Below, piece by piece: positions 25,390 through 34,059 of a stretch of DNA of 43,091 bases. The number at the start of each line of letters is the position of its first letter. Position 1 is the stretch's first letter. Position numbers and translations under genes: made by a program. The notes beneath the pieces are model-generated. The model made no database searches. It was not told the origin of the DNA and was given only the letters and a program-made list of their open reading frames with translations. Location of the stretch: contig CAZJRF010000001.1 of NCBI GenBank assembly GCA_964548475.1, forward strand, positions 1 to 43,091, read 5' to 3'. This DNA is from an uncultured Acidimicrobiia bacterium. Its GTDB lineage: Bacteria; Actinomycetota; Acidimicrobiia; Spongiisociales; UBA11373.

Positions 25390-25404
25390 CAGGTCGATTC
25401 GGAT
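25390..25404 (+). repeat. right copy of exact 15-nt direct repeat CAGGTCGATTCGGAT
   Basis: Identical to 21406-21420. It lies in the spacer between the tadG-like gene and the hydrolase gene. Confidence 0.5.
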
Positions 25405-25436
25405 GGGGGTGGGGGACGGGGCATACTGCCCCGCTG

Positions 25437-26657
25437 ATGTCATTCCTCTTCCTGGGGTTGTCGCTCGCCGGTCTGGCCCTGACCTTCAACGCCTGGCGCC
25501 CGCTCTCCTACCGTGAGAGAGGCGGCCCCCGGTGGGTGCCGGCTCTGTTCACCGGAGAACTGGCCCCCTTTCATGCCGTCGTCCACGCAGGTCTCGCCGG
25601 CGGGTTCGCGGCCGGCGGCTGGGCCGGCGGCTGGGCCGGGCAGGCCGGCCTGGCCGCCACGTCCTTGTCGCTGATGGGCCTTGTGATCGTCCAGGCCCGG
25701 GCCCTCCAGGCAAAGGGGGTGATGGAGCGGGCGGCCTCGGCAGGGGTGGGCGAGGCTGTGCACCTTCCCCGGCTGCGGCTGCGCCGGCTCCTGTGGCCCT
25801 ACCCCGGCCCGCCGTCGGACGTGGAGGTGGTCCGCGACCTGCCCTACGGGCCCGACCGGGCGCACTTGGCCGACCGCTACTGCCGCCGAGGCCACCAGGG
25901 CCCGGCCCCCGCCCTGGTGCAGGTGCACGGCGGCGGCTGGACCCGGGGCAAGCGAGGCTTGCAGGGCCGCCCGTTGATGCACCGCCTGGCACAGGCCGGC
26001 TGGGTGGTCTTCGACGTGGAGTACCGCCTCAGCCCGCGCGCCACCTTCCCGGATCAACTGGCCGACGTGAAGCGGGCGATCGCCTGGGTCCGGGACAACG
26101 CCCGGGAGCACGGCGTCGATCCCTCCTTCGTGGCGGTGACCGGCGGCTCGGCCGGCGGGCACCTGGCCGCCTTAGCCGCCCTGACCGGCGGCGACCCGGC
26201 CTACCAGCCCGGGTTCGAGGAGGCCGACACGTCGGTGCAGGCGTGTCTGCCGGTGTACGGGGTGCACGACCTGCTGCGCAGTGACGGCCGCCCCAGGTGG
26301 CCCTACCTGGCCAGCCACGTGCTCAAGGTCGCGCCTGAGCAGGATCTCGAAGCCTGGCGTCGCGCTTCGCCGGTGCGCTGTGCCCATCCCGACCGGTCCC
26401 CCTTCCTGGTGGTGCACGGCGGGGCCGACTCGCTGGTTCACCCCGATGAATCGCGCCGCCTCGCCGGCGCGCTGCGGGCCGCCGGAGGTCCGCCGGTGGG
26501 CTACGCCGAGCTGCCCGGCGCCACCCACGGGTTCGATTCGATCCACTCGCTGCGGGGGGAGCGCTTCGTGGACGGGGCGCAGGCGGTCCTGGAGAGGCTG
26601 TGGGCCGTCCATCGCGCCGGAGCGGGGGTTGGGGAAGGGCCCGGAGGGGCTCAGTAG
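25437..26657 (+). CDS. alpha/beta hydrolase (esterase/lipase-like) with N-terminal membrane segments
   Basis: VQVHGGGW oxyanion-hole motif. GGSAGG nucleophile elbow (G-x-S-x-G). Later VVHGGADSLV and GATHGF. The N-terminal 90 aa are hydrophobic. Confidence 0.85.
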   Translation: MSFLFLGLSLAGLALTFNAWRPLSYRERGGPRWVPALFTGELAPFHAVVHAGLAGGFAAGGWAGGWAGQAGLAATSLSLMGLVIVQARALQAKGVMERAASAGVGEAVHLPRLRLRRLLWPYPGPPSDVEVVRDLPYGPDRAHLADRYCRRGHQGPAPALVQVHGGGWTRGKRGLQGRPLMHRLAQAGWVVFDVEYRLSPRATFPDQLADVKRAIAWVRDNAREHGVDPSFVAVTGGSAGGHLAALAALTGGDPAYQPGFEEADTSVQACLPVYGVHDLLRSDGRPRWPYLASHVLKVAPEQDLEAWRRASPVRCAHPDRSPFLVVHGGADSLVHPDESRRLAGALRAAGGPPVGYAELPGATHGFDSIHSLRGERFVDGAQAVLERLWAVHRAGAGVGEGPGGAQ

Positions 26658-26863
26658 CCTTCGGAGCCGATGCGCACCCGGGCGGCGAACAGCCGGCCCT
26701 GCTCCTTTTCGACATCGAAGACGATGCGCTGGCCCGGGTGCAGCTGGCGGAACACCCCGCCGGCCAGCGACCCCGGCCGCAGATGAACGGGCGTGCGATC
26801 GGGCTCGCCGAGCACGACCCCGGATTCGGTCACCGGGTCGTAGGCCTGGACGACGCCCTGCAC
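26651..26863 (-). CDS. small cold-shock-domain-like (OB-fold-like) protein, 70 aa, with degenerate RNP motifs
   Basis: GTG 26863 lies 4 nt after the rpmB stop. VQGVVQAYDPVTESGVVLGEPDRTPVHLRPGSLAGGVFRQLHPGQRIVFDVEKEQGRLFAARVRI follows the spacing of CspA-type domains but lacks KGFGFI/VFVH aromatics. The 3' end overlaps the convergent hydrolase gene by 7 nt. Confidence 0.55.
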   Translation of the reverse strand: MQGVVQAYDPVTESGVVLGEPDRTPVHLRPGSLAGGVFRQLHPGQRIVFDVEKEQGRLFAARVRIGSEGY

Positions 26864-26867
26864 GGGG

Positions 26868-27056
26868 TCAGACCTTTTCGACCTTGCCGGCCTTGAGGCA
26901 GGAGGTGCACACCCGCATGCGGCGGGAGTTGGGACCGTCCTTGACACGAATGCGCTGCACGTTCGGCAGCCAGCGGCGGCTGCTGCGCCGGTGGGAATGG
27001 CTCACTTGCTTGCCCACCCACGGCCCCTTGCCGCAGATCTCACATACGAACGACAC
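26868..27056 (-). CDS. rpmB: 50S ribosomal protein L28
   Basis: [37 protein letters not shown]...[15 protein letters not shown] 27056 follows GAAGGA. This is the Cys-containing (CxxC...CxxC) form. The track ORF to 27215 is an over-extension. Confidence 0.92.
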   Translation of the reverse strand: MSFVCEICGKGPWVGKQVSHSHRRSSRRWLPNVQRIRVKDGPNSRRMRVCTSCLKAGKVEKV

Positions 27057-27140
27057 CAGAGGGATCCTTCTCGGGAACGGCCCATCAGAATACCAGCCCG
27101 GCCTGGCGGTGCCAGATCGGCGGCGTATACACTTCCCGTC

Positions 27141-28868
27141 GTGGCCGAGCAACTGATCCGGGCGCAGGATCTCATGCAGGTGATGAACCGCTACCTGGTT
27201 CGCCTGCGCGAGCATCGCGAAGCCCTCAATCGTCTCAACGTCTACCCGGTGCCCGACGGGGACACCGGCACCAACATGACTCTCACCATCGAAGCGCTGG
27301 TGGGGGCGCTCGACGGCGCTTCGTCAATGGTGGAAGTGACCCAGGCGATGGCCCGGGGCTCGCTGATGGGCGCTCAGGGCAACAGCGGCATCATCCTCTC
27401 CCAGATCCTGCGGGCCTGGGCTGCCACCTTCGAGGCGCATGGGGAGGTGGGCCCGGCCGAGGTCACCGACGGCCTCGACAAGGCGACGGCAGCGGCCTAC
27501 AAGGCAGTGGGGCACCCGGTGGAGGGCACGATCCTGACGGTTCTGCGCATGGCCGCCGAGGCGGCCAAGCAGGCTCCGGCGGGAGAGGATCTCGGCCACC
27601 TGCTCGTCAGGGTGTACCAGCGGGCCGAGCAAGCCCTCCTGGAGACCCCCGAACTGCTGCCGGTGCTCAAGGCGGCCGGGGTGGTCGATGCGGGCGGGGC
27701 CGGGCTCCTGCTGCTGCTCGCCTGCCTGCGGGAGCACGTCGGCGGCGGCAAGGTGACCCTCCCGCCGAAGATCTTCCGCCCCGCTGCGCAACTGGTCTCC
27801 GGCAACGGCAAGCCGGGGGGATCGATCGCCGATCTCCAATATGAGGTCGTCTTCATGCTCGACGGCGAGCCCGACAGCGCCGACCGGCTCAAGGAAGCGT
27901 GGGAGGGCGCCGGGGATTCGGTTGTCATCGTGGGCGGCGAGGGCTCGTGGAAGTGCCACATCCACACCGACGACATCGGACCCGCTCTCGAGGCGGGCAT
28001 CGCGGTGGGCAGGGTCCGCCAGATCGCCATCACGAACCTGCTCGAGCAGGCTGCCGCTGAGGAGTTCCACCGGGCGGCCTTCGGCTTCGAGCCGCTCCCC
28101 GAGGCCCTGGACGCCAAGGTCGGGCTGGTGGCGGTGGCCAACGGCCAGGGCGTCGTTGAGCTGTTCCGGCAGTATCGGGCCCAGGGCATGGTCGTGGGCG
28201 GCCAGACCATGAACCCCTCGGTGGGCGATCTGCTCAAGGTGGTGGACGAGGTGAAGGCCAAGACGGTCATCGTCTTGCCCAACAACAAGAACATCATCGC
28301 CGCCGCCGAGGAGCTCGACCGCCTCACCAGGAAGCAGGTGCACGTTATCCCCACCCGCTCGGTGGCCCAGGGCATCGCCGCGGCGGTGGCCTACGACACC
28401 AGATCGGCCCTTGAGACGGTGGTCTCCCGCATGGAGAAGGCCGCCCGGGCCGTGTGCAGCGGGGAGCTGACCCGGGCGGTACGCAATGCCACCACCCCGG
28501 TGGGGAACATCACCCAGGGTGACTGGATCGGCCTGGTGGAGGGCAAGGTGCAGGTGATCCGCCGGACCGAGCCGAGATGGCCCGGCCGGCTGTTGGAGCG
28601 CCTCCTGCGCCTGGTGCTGGGGAAGAAACGGGCGCAGCACCGTCGCCGCCGGTGGGAGCAGGCCGTCTTCAGCGGCGCCTTGCAGGCGCTGCTGGAGCGG
28701 GTGGTGGATTCCGAAGCGGAGGCGATCACCCTGGTGGCCGGGGCCGGAGCCGACCCCGAGGTCACCGCTGCCGCCGAGGCCTGGCTCGCGGAGTACCGCT
28801 CCGGCATCCCGGTCGACGTGGTGGATGGGGGCCAGCCCTTGTACCCCTATCTCGTCGGGGTCGAGTGA
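27141..28868 (+). CDS. yloV: DAK2 domain fusion protein YloV
   Basis: [18 protein letters not shown] and [10 protein letters not shown] are DhaL/DAK2 motifs. The C-terminal half is YloV-like. It occupies the canonical position between rpmB (divergent) and recG. I place the start at GTG 27141. Confidence 0.9.
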   Translation: MAEQLIRAQDLMQVMNRYLVRLREHREALNRLNVYPVPDGDTGTNMTLTIEALVGALDGASSMVEVTQAMARGSLMGAQGNSGIILSQILRAWAATFEAHGEVGPAEVTDGLDKATAAAYKAVGHPVEGTILTVLRMAAEAAKQAPAGEDLGHLLVRVYQRAEQALLETPELLPVLKAAGVVDAGGAGLLLLLACLREHVGGGKVTLPPKIFRPAAQLVSGNGKPGGSIADLQYEVVFMLDGEPDSADRLKEAWEGAGDSVVIVGGEGSWKCHIHTDDIGPALEAGIAVGRVRQIAITNLLEQAAAEEFHRAAFGFEPLPEALDAKVGLVAVANGQGVVELFRQYRAQGMVVGGQTMNPSVGDLLKVVDEVKAKTVIVLPNNKNIIAAAEELDRLTRKQVHVIPTRSVAQGIAAAVAYDTRSALETVVSRMEKAARAVCSGELTRAVRNATTPVGNITQGDWIGLVEGKVQVIRRTEPRWPGRLLERLLRLVLGKKRAQHRRRRWEQAVFSGALQALLERVVDSEAEAITLVAGAGADPEVTAAAEAWLAEYRSGIPVDVVDGGQPLYPYLVGVE

Positions 28869-31090
28869 GCGGACGCAGCCTCGCCTACCTGTCCCGGGTT
28901 CCCATCGAGCGGGTCGGGGGCGTGAGCGACCGGCTGGGGGGGAAGCTGCGCCAGGCCGGCATCGAGTCGGTGACCGATCTCCTCTTTCACTTCCCTCGGC
29001 GCCATATCGACCGTTCGCAGATTGCTCCCATAGCGCGCGCTCCCCTGGGGGTGGAGGTCACCGTGCTGGGGACGGTGAGCAAGGTGAACGCTCGCCGGGC
29101 GCGCCGGGGCCTCTCCATCGTGGACGTGCTGGTCACCGCTAAGGCCGATTATCAGGTAGTGGAAGACGATGGCCTGTGGCGGGCCCTCCCCGGACCGGAG
29201 GCGGCCGACCTGCCCGCCATGACCTTCCAGAGCGAGGAGGAAGCCCGGCGTTGGGTGGCCGAAGAAGCTCCCCGGGTGGCGGGGGAGGTGCTCGGGTCGT
29301 TGTGGGCCACCTTCTTCAACCAGGCCTTTCGCGAGCGCCAGCTCCCGGTGGGCACCGAAGTGGCCCTCTCGGGGAAGGTGGAGCGTTTTCAGGGAAGACG
29401 GCAGATGAAGTCGCCGGTGGTGGACGTGCTCGGCGGCTCGGGCCGCCGGCGCACCGGACGCGTCGTGCCGGTGTACCCGGCGGTGGCGGGCATCGCCCCC
29501 TGGCGCCTGGAGCAGTCCACCGCCGATGCGCTGGCCCGGTCGCGGCCTATCTCCGAGCCGCTCCCCGGCGAGCTGGTCTCCCGCCTGGGCCTAACTGGCC
29601 GGGACGCGGCCCTGGCCGGCATCCATTTCCCGGAGAACCCGGGGGAGGCGGCGGCCGCCCGCCGGCGCCTGATCTTCGACGAGTTGTTCCGTCTCGAGGT
29701 AGCCCTGGCCTTGCGAAAGCGCCGCCAGATCGAAGGGGCGGAGGGCATCTCTCACCCGGCCGGGCCGGGGCTGGTCGAGGAGTTCTGCCGGGCCCTGCCC
29801 TATGAGCTCACCGGGGCGCAGCGGCGGGCCATCGAGGAGATAGGGGCAGACATGGCCTCCCCCCACCCCATGCACCGCCTGTTGCAGGGCGAGGTGGGCT
29901 CGGGGAAGACTGCGGTGGCGGTGGCCGCCCTTCTCACCGCGGTGCAAGGGGGCTGCCAGGGGGCGGTGATGGCTCCCACCGAGGTGCTGGCCGAGCAGCA
30001 CTACCTGGGGCTCGAGCCGCTGGCGCGCCTGGTGGGGGTGCGCATGGCCCTGCTCACCTCGTCTTCCCCCGACCGGGCGGGGGTGTTGGCCGCGGTGGCC
30101 GACGGCACGGTGGACGTGGTGGTGGGAACCCATGCTCTCATTCAGGAGGGGGTGCGCTTTGCCCGCCTGGGGCTGGCGGTGGTAGACGAGCAGCACCGCT
30201 TCGGGGTGCACCAGCGGGTGCAGCTGCGCGAGAAGGCGGAGGGCCCTCAGCCCGACCTGCTGATCATGACCGCCACCCCCATCCCGCGCACGCTGTCGAT
30301 GACCCTGTACGGCGATCTGGACGTGTCGGTGCTCGACGAGATGCCGGCCCACCGCCCCGGGGTGACTACGGAGGTGGTCGGCAAGAGCGCCGAGGACCTG
30401 GAGCGAGTGTACGCGCGGGTGCGCGAGCAGACCGCCCGGGGGCGGCAGGCTTTCGTCGTGTGCCCGTTGGTGGAGGAAAGCTCCAAGCTGGAAGCCGCTT
30501 CAGCCACCGCTGAGTTCGAGCGGTTGCAGGGGGTCTTTCCCGGCTTGCGGCTGGGACTGGTGCACGGCCAGCTGCCAGCCGAGGAGAAGCGGCACGCGAT
30601 GCAGGCCCTGCGAGACGATGAGGTCGACGTGATGGTGGCCACCACGGTGATCGAGGTGGGCATCGACATCCCCAACGCCACCGTCATGGTCATTGAGGAC
30701 GCCGACCGTTTCGGAATCAGCCAGCTTCATCAGCTGCGAGGCCGTCTGGCTCGCGGCGTAGGCCCCAACTGGTGCTACCTGGTGGCCGAGCCCGGCACCG
30801 AAGAGGCTCGCCGGCGTTTGGCGGCGGTGGCCGCCTCCGACGACGGGTTCCGCCTGGCGGAGGAGGACCTGCGCCTCCGGGGCCAGGGGACCGTCTTCGG
30901 GGTGCGGCAGTCGGGGATGCCCGACCTGCGCCTTGCCGACATCCTGCACGATGCCGAGATGCTGGTGGCCGCCCGGCGCGAGGCCTTCGCCCTGGTGGCG
31001 ACCGACCCGGGCCTGACGCGGCATCCGGAGATCGCCGAGGAAGTGCGGGCCTTGCTCGGCGAGCAGGTTGAATGGCTGTTCATCTCATGA
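28865..31090 (+). CDS. recG: ATP-dependent DNA helicase RecG
   Basis: LTGAQRRAIEEI, LLQGEVGSGKTAVA (Walker A), VVDEQHRFGV (DEQH), MTATPIPRTL, IEVGIDIPNATVMVIEDADRFGISQLHQLRGRLARG. GTG 28865 overlaps the yloV TGA (28866-28868). Confidence 0.93.
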   Translation: MSGRSLAYLSRVPIERVGGVSDRLGGKLRQAGIESVTDLLFHFPRRHIDRSQIAPIARAPLGVEVTVLGTVSKVNARRARRGLSIVDVLVTAKADYQVVEDDGLWRALPGPEAADLPAMTFQSEEEARRWVAEEAPRVAGEVLGSLWATFFNQAFRERQLPVGTEVALSGKVERFQGRRQMKSPVVDVLGGSGRRRTGRVVPVYPAVAGIAPWRLEQSTADALARSRPISEPLPGELVSRLGLTGRDAALAGIHFPENPGEAAAARRRLIFDELFRLEVALALRKRRQIEGAEGISHPAGPGLVEEFCRALPYELTGAQRRAIEEIGADMASPHPMHRLLQGEVGSGKTAVAVAALLTAVQGGCQGAVMAPTEVLAEQHYLGLEPLARLVGVRMALLTSSSPDRAGVLAAVADGTVDVVVGTHALIQEGVRFARLGLAVVDEQHRFGVHQRVQLREKAEGPQPDLLIMTATPIPRTLSMTLYGDLDVSVLDEMPAHRPGVTTEVVGKSAEDLERVYARVREQTARGRQAFVVCPLVEESSKLEAASATAEFERLQGVFPGLRLGLVHGQLPAEEKRHAMQALRDDEVDVMVATTVIEVGIDIPNATVMVIEDADRFGISQLHQLRGRLARGVGPNWCYLVAEPGTEEARRRLAAVAASDDGFRLAEEDLRLRGQGTVFGVRQSGMPDLRLADILHDAEMLVAARREAFALVATDPGLTRHPEIAEEVRALLGEQVEWLFIS

Positions 31091-31629
31091 GGATCATCGC
31101 CGGGATCGCCAAGGGCCGCCGCCTCCTCGCTCCCCGGGGAGCAAGCACCCGGCCGATGATGGATCGCGCTCGCGAGGGCCTCTTCTCCTCGCTGGGGGAG
31201 AGCGTGGAGGGGGCGGCGGTGCTCGACTTGTACGCCGGGTCGGGCAGCCTGGGCCTGGAGGCGCTCAGCCGGGGGGCGGAGTCCGCGGTCTTCGTCGAGC
31301 AGAGCCGGGCCGCCCTGGCTGCCCTGCGAGCGAACGCGGCCGCGGTGGGCCTGGGCGGGGAGGTGGTGGCCGATGATGTCGGCACGTATGTGGAGCGAGC
31401 ACCGGGCACCTTCGACCTGGTGTTCGTTGACCCTCCCTACGCCCTGCCGCTAGCGTCGGTAGAGCAGGTTCTCGGCCGGCTGGTGTGCTTGCTGGCCGAG
31501 GGCGGCACGATCGTACTGCACCGCCGGGCCGGCGAGGGGCCCGGCCTGCTGCCGGGACTCACGGTGATCGACCGGCGGCGCTACGGGGACACCGAGATCA
31601 CCCGGCTGGCGAAGGAGGAGACACCGTGA
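31087..31629 (+). CDS. rsmD: 16S rRNA (guanine966-N2)-methyltransferase RsmD
   Basis: MRIIAGIAKGRRL...TRPMMDRAREGLFSSL...LDLYAGSGSLGLEALSRGA...VFVDPPY. ATG 31087 overlaps the recG TGA as ATGA. Confidence 0.9.
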   Translation: MRIIAGIAKGRRLLAPRGASTRPMMDRAREGLFSSLGESVEGAAVLDLYAGSGSLGLEALSRGAESAVFVEQSRAALAALRANAAAVGLGGEVVADDVGTYVERAPGTFDLVFVDPPYALPLASVEQVLGRLVCLLAEGGTIVLHRRAGEGPGLLPGLTVIDRRRYGDTEITRLAKEETP

Positions 31630-32108
31630 TCACCGCCCTGGTGCCGGGCAGTTTCGACCCGCCTACCAAAGGCCACGTCGATGTGATCGGCCGCTGCGCC
31701 GGGCTCTTCGACCGGGTAGTGGTGGCGGTGGCCAACAACCCCTCTAAGCACCCCATGTTCACCGCCGAGGAGCGAGTGGCACTGCTGGAGGAGTGCTGCA
31801 CGGAGTGGGCCAACGTGAGTATCGCGTCGTTCGATGGGCTGCTGGTCGCCTTCCTGCGCACCGCGGGAGCCGACGTCATCGTCAAGGGCCTGCGGGCGGT
31901 GACCGATTTCGAGTATGAGCTGCAGCTGGCGCAGATGAATCGCCATCTCTCGGGCACGGTGACCCTGTTCGTGCCCACCAATCCGGAGTTCGGGTACCTA
32001 TCCTCCTCCCTGGTGAAGGAGGTGGCCGCCCTCGGAGGCTCGGTAGACAGCCTGGTGCCTCTGTGTGTGGCCCAGGTGTTGAAGGAGCGTTGGGCACATG
32101 AGCGATGA
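31626..32108 (+). CDS. coaD: phosphopantetheine adenylyltransferase
   Basis: ALVPGSFDPPTKGHVDVIGR...VKGLRAVTDFEYELQLAQMNR...SSSLVKEV. GTG 31626 overlaps the rsmD TGA as GTGA. Confidence 0.95.
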   Translation: MITALVPGSFDPPTKGHVDVIGRCAGLFDRVVVAVANNPSKHPMFTAEERVALLEECCTEWANVSIASFDGLLVAFLRTAGADVIVKGLRAVTDFEYELQLAQMNRHLSGTVTLFVPTNPEFGYLSSSLVKEVAALGGSVDSLVPLCVAQVLKERWAHER

Positions 32109-32619
32109 AGAGCTCGATCGCCAGGAGGCCGTCCCCGTCCCGCCTCGCCTCGGCGAGCTGCAGGAGCTGGTCGACGAGTTGATCCTCGCCGTGGAGGGAG
32201 CACGCAACGTGCCCCTCTCCTCGAGCGTCATGCTCGACCGGGCCCAGCTGCTCGACATGCTCTACCGGCTGCGCGACGAGCTGCCCGACGAGCTGCGGGC
32301 CGCCCGCTGGATGGTGCGCGAGCGGGAAGCGTTCGTCGCCCGCACCAACGAGAAGGCTCGTGAGATGCTCGATCGCGCTCGGGAGCACTCCGAGCAGCTG
32401 GTCAGCGAGTCGTACATCGTCAAGGAGGCGGTGGAGGAGGCCAACGCTCTGGTGCGCCGCGCCGAGGCGGAGGCTACCCGCACCCGCCTGGAAGCCGAGG
32501 ACTACAGCGACCAGTCCTTCGAGCAGACCGAGGAGGTTCTCGCCGACTTGCTCGCCCAGGTGCGGCGGGCGCGGGCCGATCTCCGCCAGGCGCGCCCCGG
32601 CCCCGCCGAGGAGGACTGA
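32098..32619 (+). CDS. coiled-coil protein of unknown function (173 aa)
   Basis: The sequence is Glu/Arg/Leu/Ala-rich with a heptad-like pattern (ELQELVDELILAVEGARN..., RAREHSEQLVSESYIVKEAVEEANALVRRAEAEA). The ATG overlaps the coaD 3' end by 11 nt. I recognise no enzymatic motif. Confidence 0.65.
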   Translation: MSDEELDRQEAVPVPPRLGELQELVDELILAVEGARNVPLSSSVMLDRAQLLDMLYRLRDELPDELRAARWMVREREAFVARTNEKAREMLDRAREHSEQLVSESYIVKEAVEEANALVRRAEAEATRTRLEAEDYSDQSFEQTEEVLADLLAQVRRARADLRQARPGPAEED

Positions 32620-32647
32620 CGCCGGGGGGCTTTCCTAGAATCTGGGT

Positions 32648-33145
32648 GTGTCCCGCTCCCCGTTTCGCCTCGTAGTCTCCGACCTGCTTCAACAGCCCGG
32701 CCGGCGCCGCCCGGCAGAGCTAGAGGCGAGGGTTGACTGGGCTCTGGAGTCCTCCCGGGTGGACCCGCAGGTGCCGCTGCGCGCCGATCTGGTCCTTGAG
32801 GGTGCTTCCGGCGGCATTGTCGCCCGGGGACGGGTCTCGGTGGTGGCCCGGCACACCTGCCGGCGCTGCCTGACCGAGTGGTCGGAGCCGCTGGAGGTGG
32901 AGATCTTCGAGATGCTGGGCTCCGATCCGGAGGCCGAGTACCGCCTCTCGGGCGACGAAGCAGACCTGGAAGTGCTGCTACGCGATGCGGTGCTGCTGAC
33001 CCTTCCCCTGCGGCCTCTCTGCCGTCCGGACTGCCTCGGACTTTGCGGTGTGTGCGGGGCGGACTTGAATACGGGGTCCTGCCCGGGGCACGGCGAGGCT
33101 TCCCCCTCGCCCTTCACCGTGCTGCGTGACCTGTTGGAACCCTGA
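32648..33145 (+). CDS. yceD: YceD/DUF177 family protein (large-subunit rRNA accumulation protein)
   Basis: CRRCLTEW...LPLRPLCRPDCLGLCGVCGADLN is the DUF177 Cys pattern. It holds the canonical position immediately upstream of rpmF. Confidence 0.85.
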   Translation: MSRSPFRLVVSDLLQQPGRRRPAELEARVDWALESSRVDPQVPLRADLVLEGASGGIVARGRVSVVARHTCRRCLTEWSEPLEVEIFEMLGSDPEAEYRLSGDEADLEVLLRDAVLLTLPLRPLCRPDCLGLCGVCGADLNTGSCPGHGEASPSPFTVLRDLLEP

Positions 33146-33167
33146 GACCGGAGACTAGAGAGGCGCC

Positions 33168-33341
33168 ATGGCGGTCCCCAAGAAGAAGATGTCCCGCTCC
33201 CGCACCCGGCAGCGGAAGGCGGCGTGGAAGCTGTCCCGCCCGCACACCACGCCCTGTCCGCAGTGTGGGGCCGCCAAGGCACCCCACCGGGCCTGCCCGC
33301 AGTGCGGCACTTACAACGGGCGGGAGATCGTCCCGAGCTGA
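33168..33341 (+). CDS. rpmF: 50S ribosomal protein L32
   Basis: Not in the ORF track (57 aa). My translation is MAVPKKKMSRSRTRQRKAAWKLSRPHTTPCPQCGAAKAPHRACPQCGTYNGREIVPS. The AVPKKK N-terminus and the CPQCG...CPQCG Zn-ribbon form are both typical of L32. Confidence 0.93.
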   Translation: MAVPKKKMSRSRTRQRKAAWKLSRPHTTPCPQCGAAKAPHRACPQCGTYNGREIVPS

Positions 33342-33375
33342 TCATGACCCGGGCGGGTGCCCCGGCGGTCCCCAG

Positions 33376-34059
33376 ATGACCGAGCCCCCGTCTCGTCTGG
33401 AGAGAGAGCTCGGGTACACCTTCGCCGACCGGAGCCTCCTGCGGCGCGCGCTCACTCATCGTTCTCACGACCCGGGTGCCTCCAACGAGAGGCTCGAGTT
33501 CCTAGGCGACTCCGTGCTGGAGTTCGTGGTCACCGCCCACCTCTACGCCACCTCGGGCCTGGATGAGGGGATGATGACCAAGGTCCGCGTGGCGGTGGTG
33601 AGCCGGGCGGCCTTGGTTGAGGTGGCCGGGCGACTGGGGGTGGGGGAGGCGGTGGTCCTGGGCAGCGGGGAGGAGGAGGCAGGGGGCCGGCGCAAGGCCT
33701 CCATCCTGGCCGACACGCTGGAGGCCCTGCTGGGGGCCATCTACCTGGACGGGGGGATCGAGGTGGTGCGCCGGGTGGTGCTGGCCCACTGGGACCCGCT
33801 CATCGCCGATCAGGTCGGTGCCCCTGGGGAGCGCGACTACAAGACCCGGCTGCAGGAGGTGCTGGCCCGGGAGGGCCGGGTGCCCGGCTATGTGGCCGAG
33901 GGGGAGGGCCCCGAGCACGCCCGGGTCTTCTTCGCCACGGTTTCGGCCGGAGGCCGGGTGCTGGGCCTGGGGACGGGAACGTCGAAGAAACGGGCCGAGC
34001 AGGCGGCGGCCCGCCACGCCCTCGAGTCGCTGGAGACCGGGGAACGGGCGGATGCCTGA
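33376..34059 (+). CDS. rnc: ribonuclease III
   Basis: LLRRALTHRSH...NERLEFLGDSVLEFVV (RNase III signature). The C-terminal dsRBD has DYKTRLQE...GTGTSKKRAEQAAA. I place the start at ATG 33376. Confidence 0.93.
   Translation: MTEPPSRLERELGYTFADRSLLRRALTHRSHDPGASNERLEFLGDSVLEFVVTAHLYATSGLDEGMMTKVRVAVVSRAALVEVAGRLGVGEAVVLGSGEEEAGGRRKASILADTLEALLGAIYLDGGIEVVRRVVLAHWDPLIADQVGAPGERDYKTRLQEVLAREGRVPGYVAEGEGPEHARVFFATVSAGGRVLGLGTGTSKKRAEQAAARHALESLETGERADA

Noticed and set aside
21357-25436. Looked for a CRISPR array or a tRNA gene as integration target near the Cas1-like ORF and at the 15-nt repeats.
   Set aside because: I saw no regularly spaced 25-40-nt repeats anywhere in the window. The 15-mer CAGGTCGATTCGGAT superficially resembles a T-loop (TCGATTC), but the flanks do not form a 5-bp T-stem or any cloverleaf.
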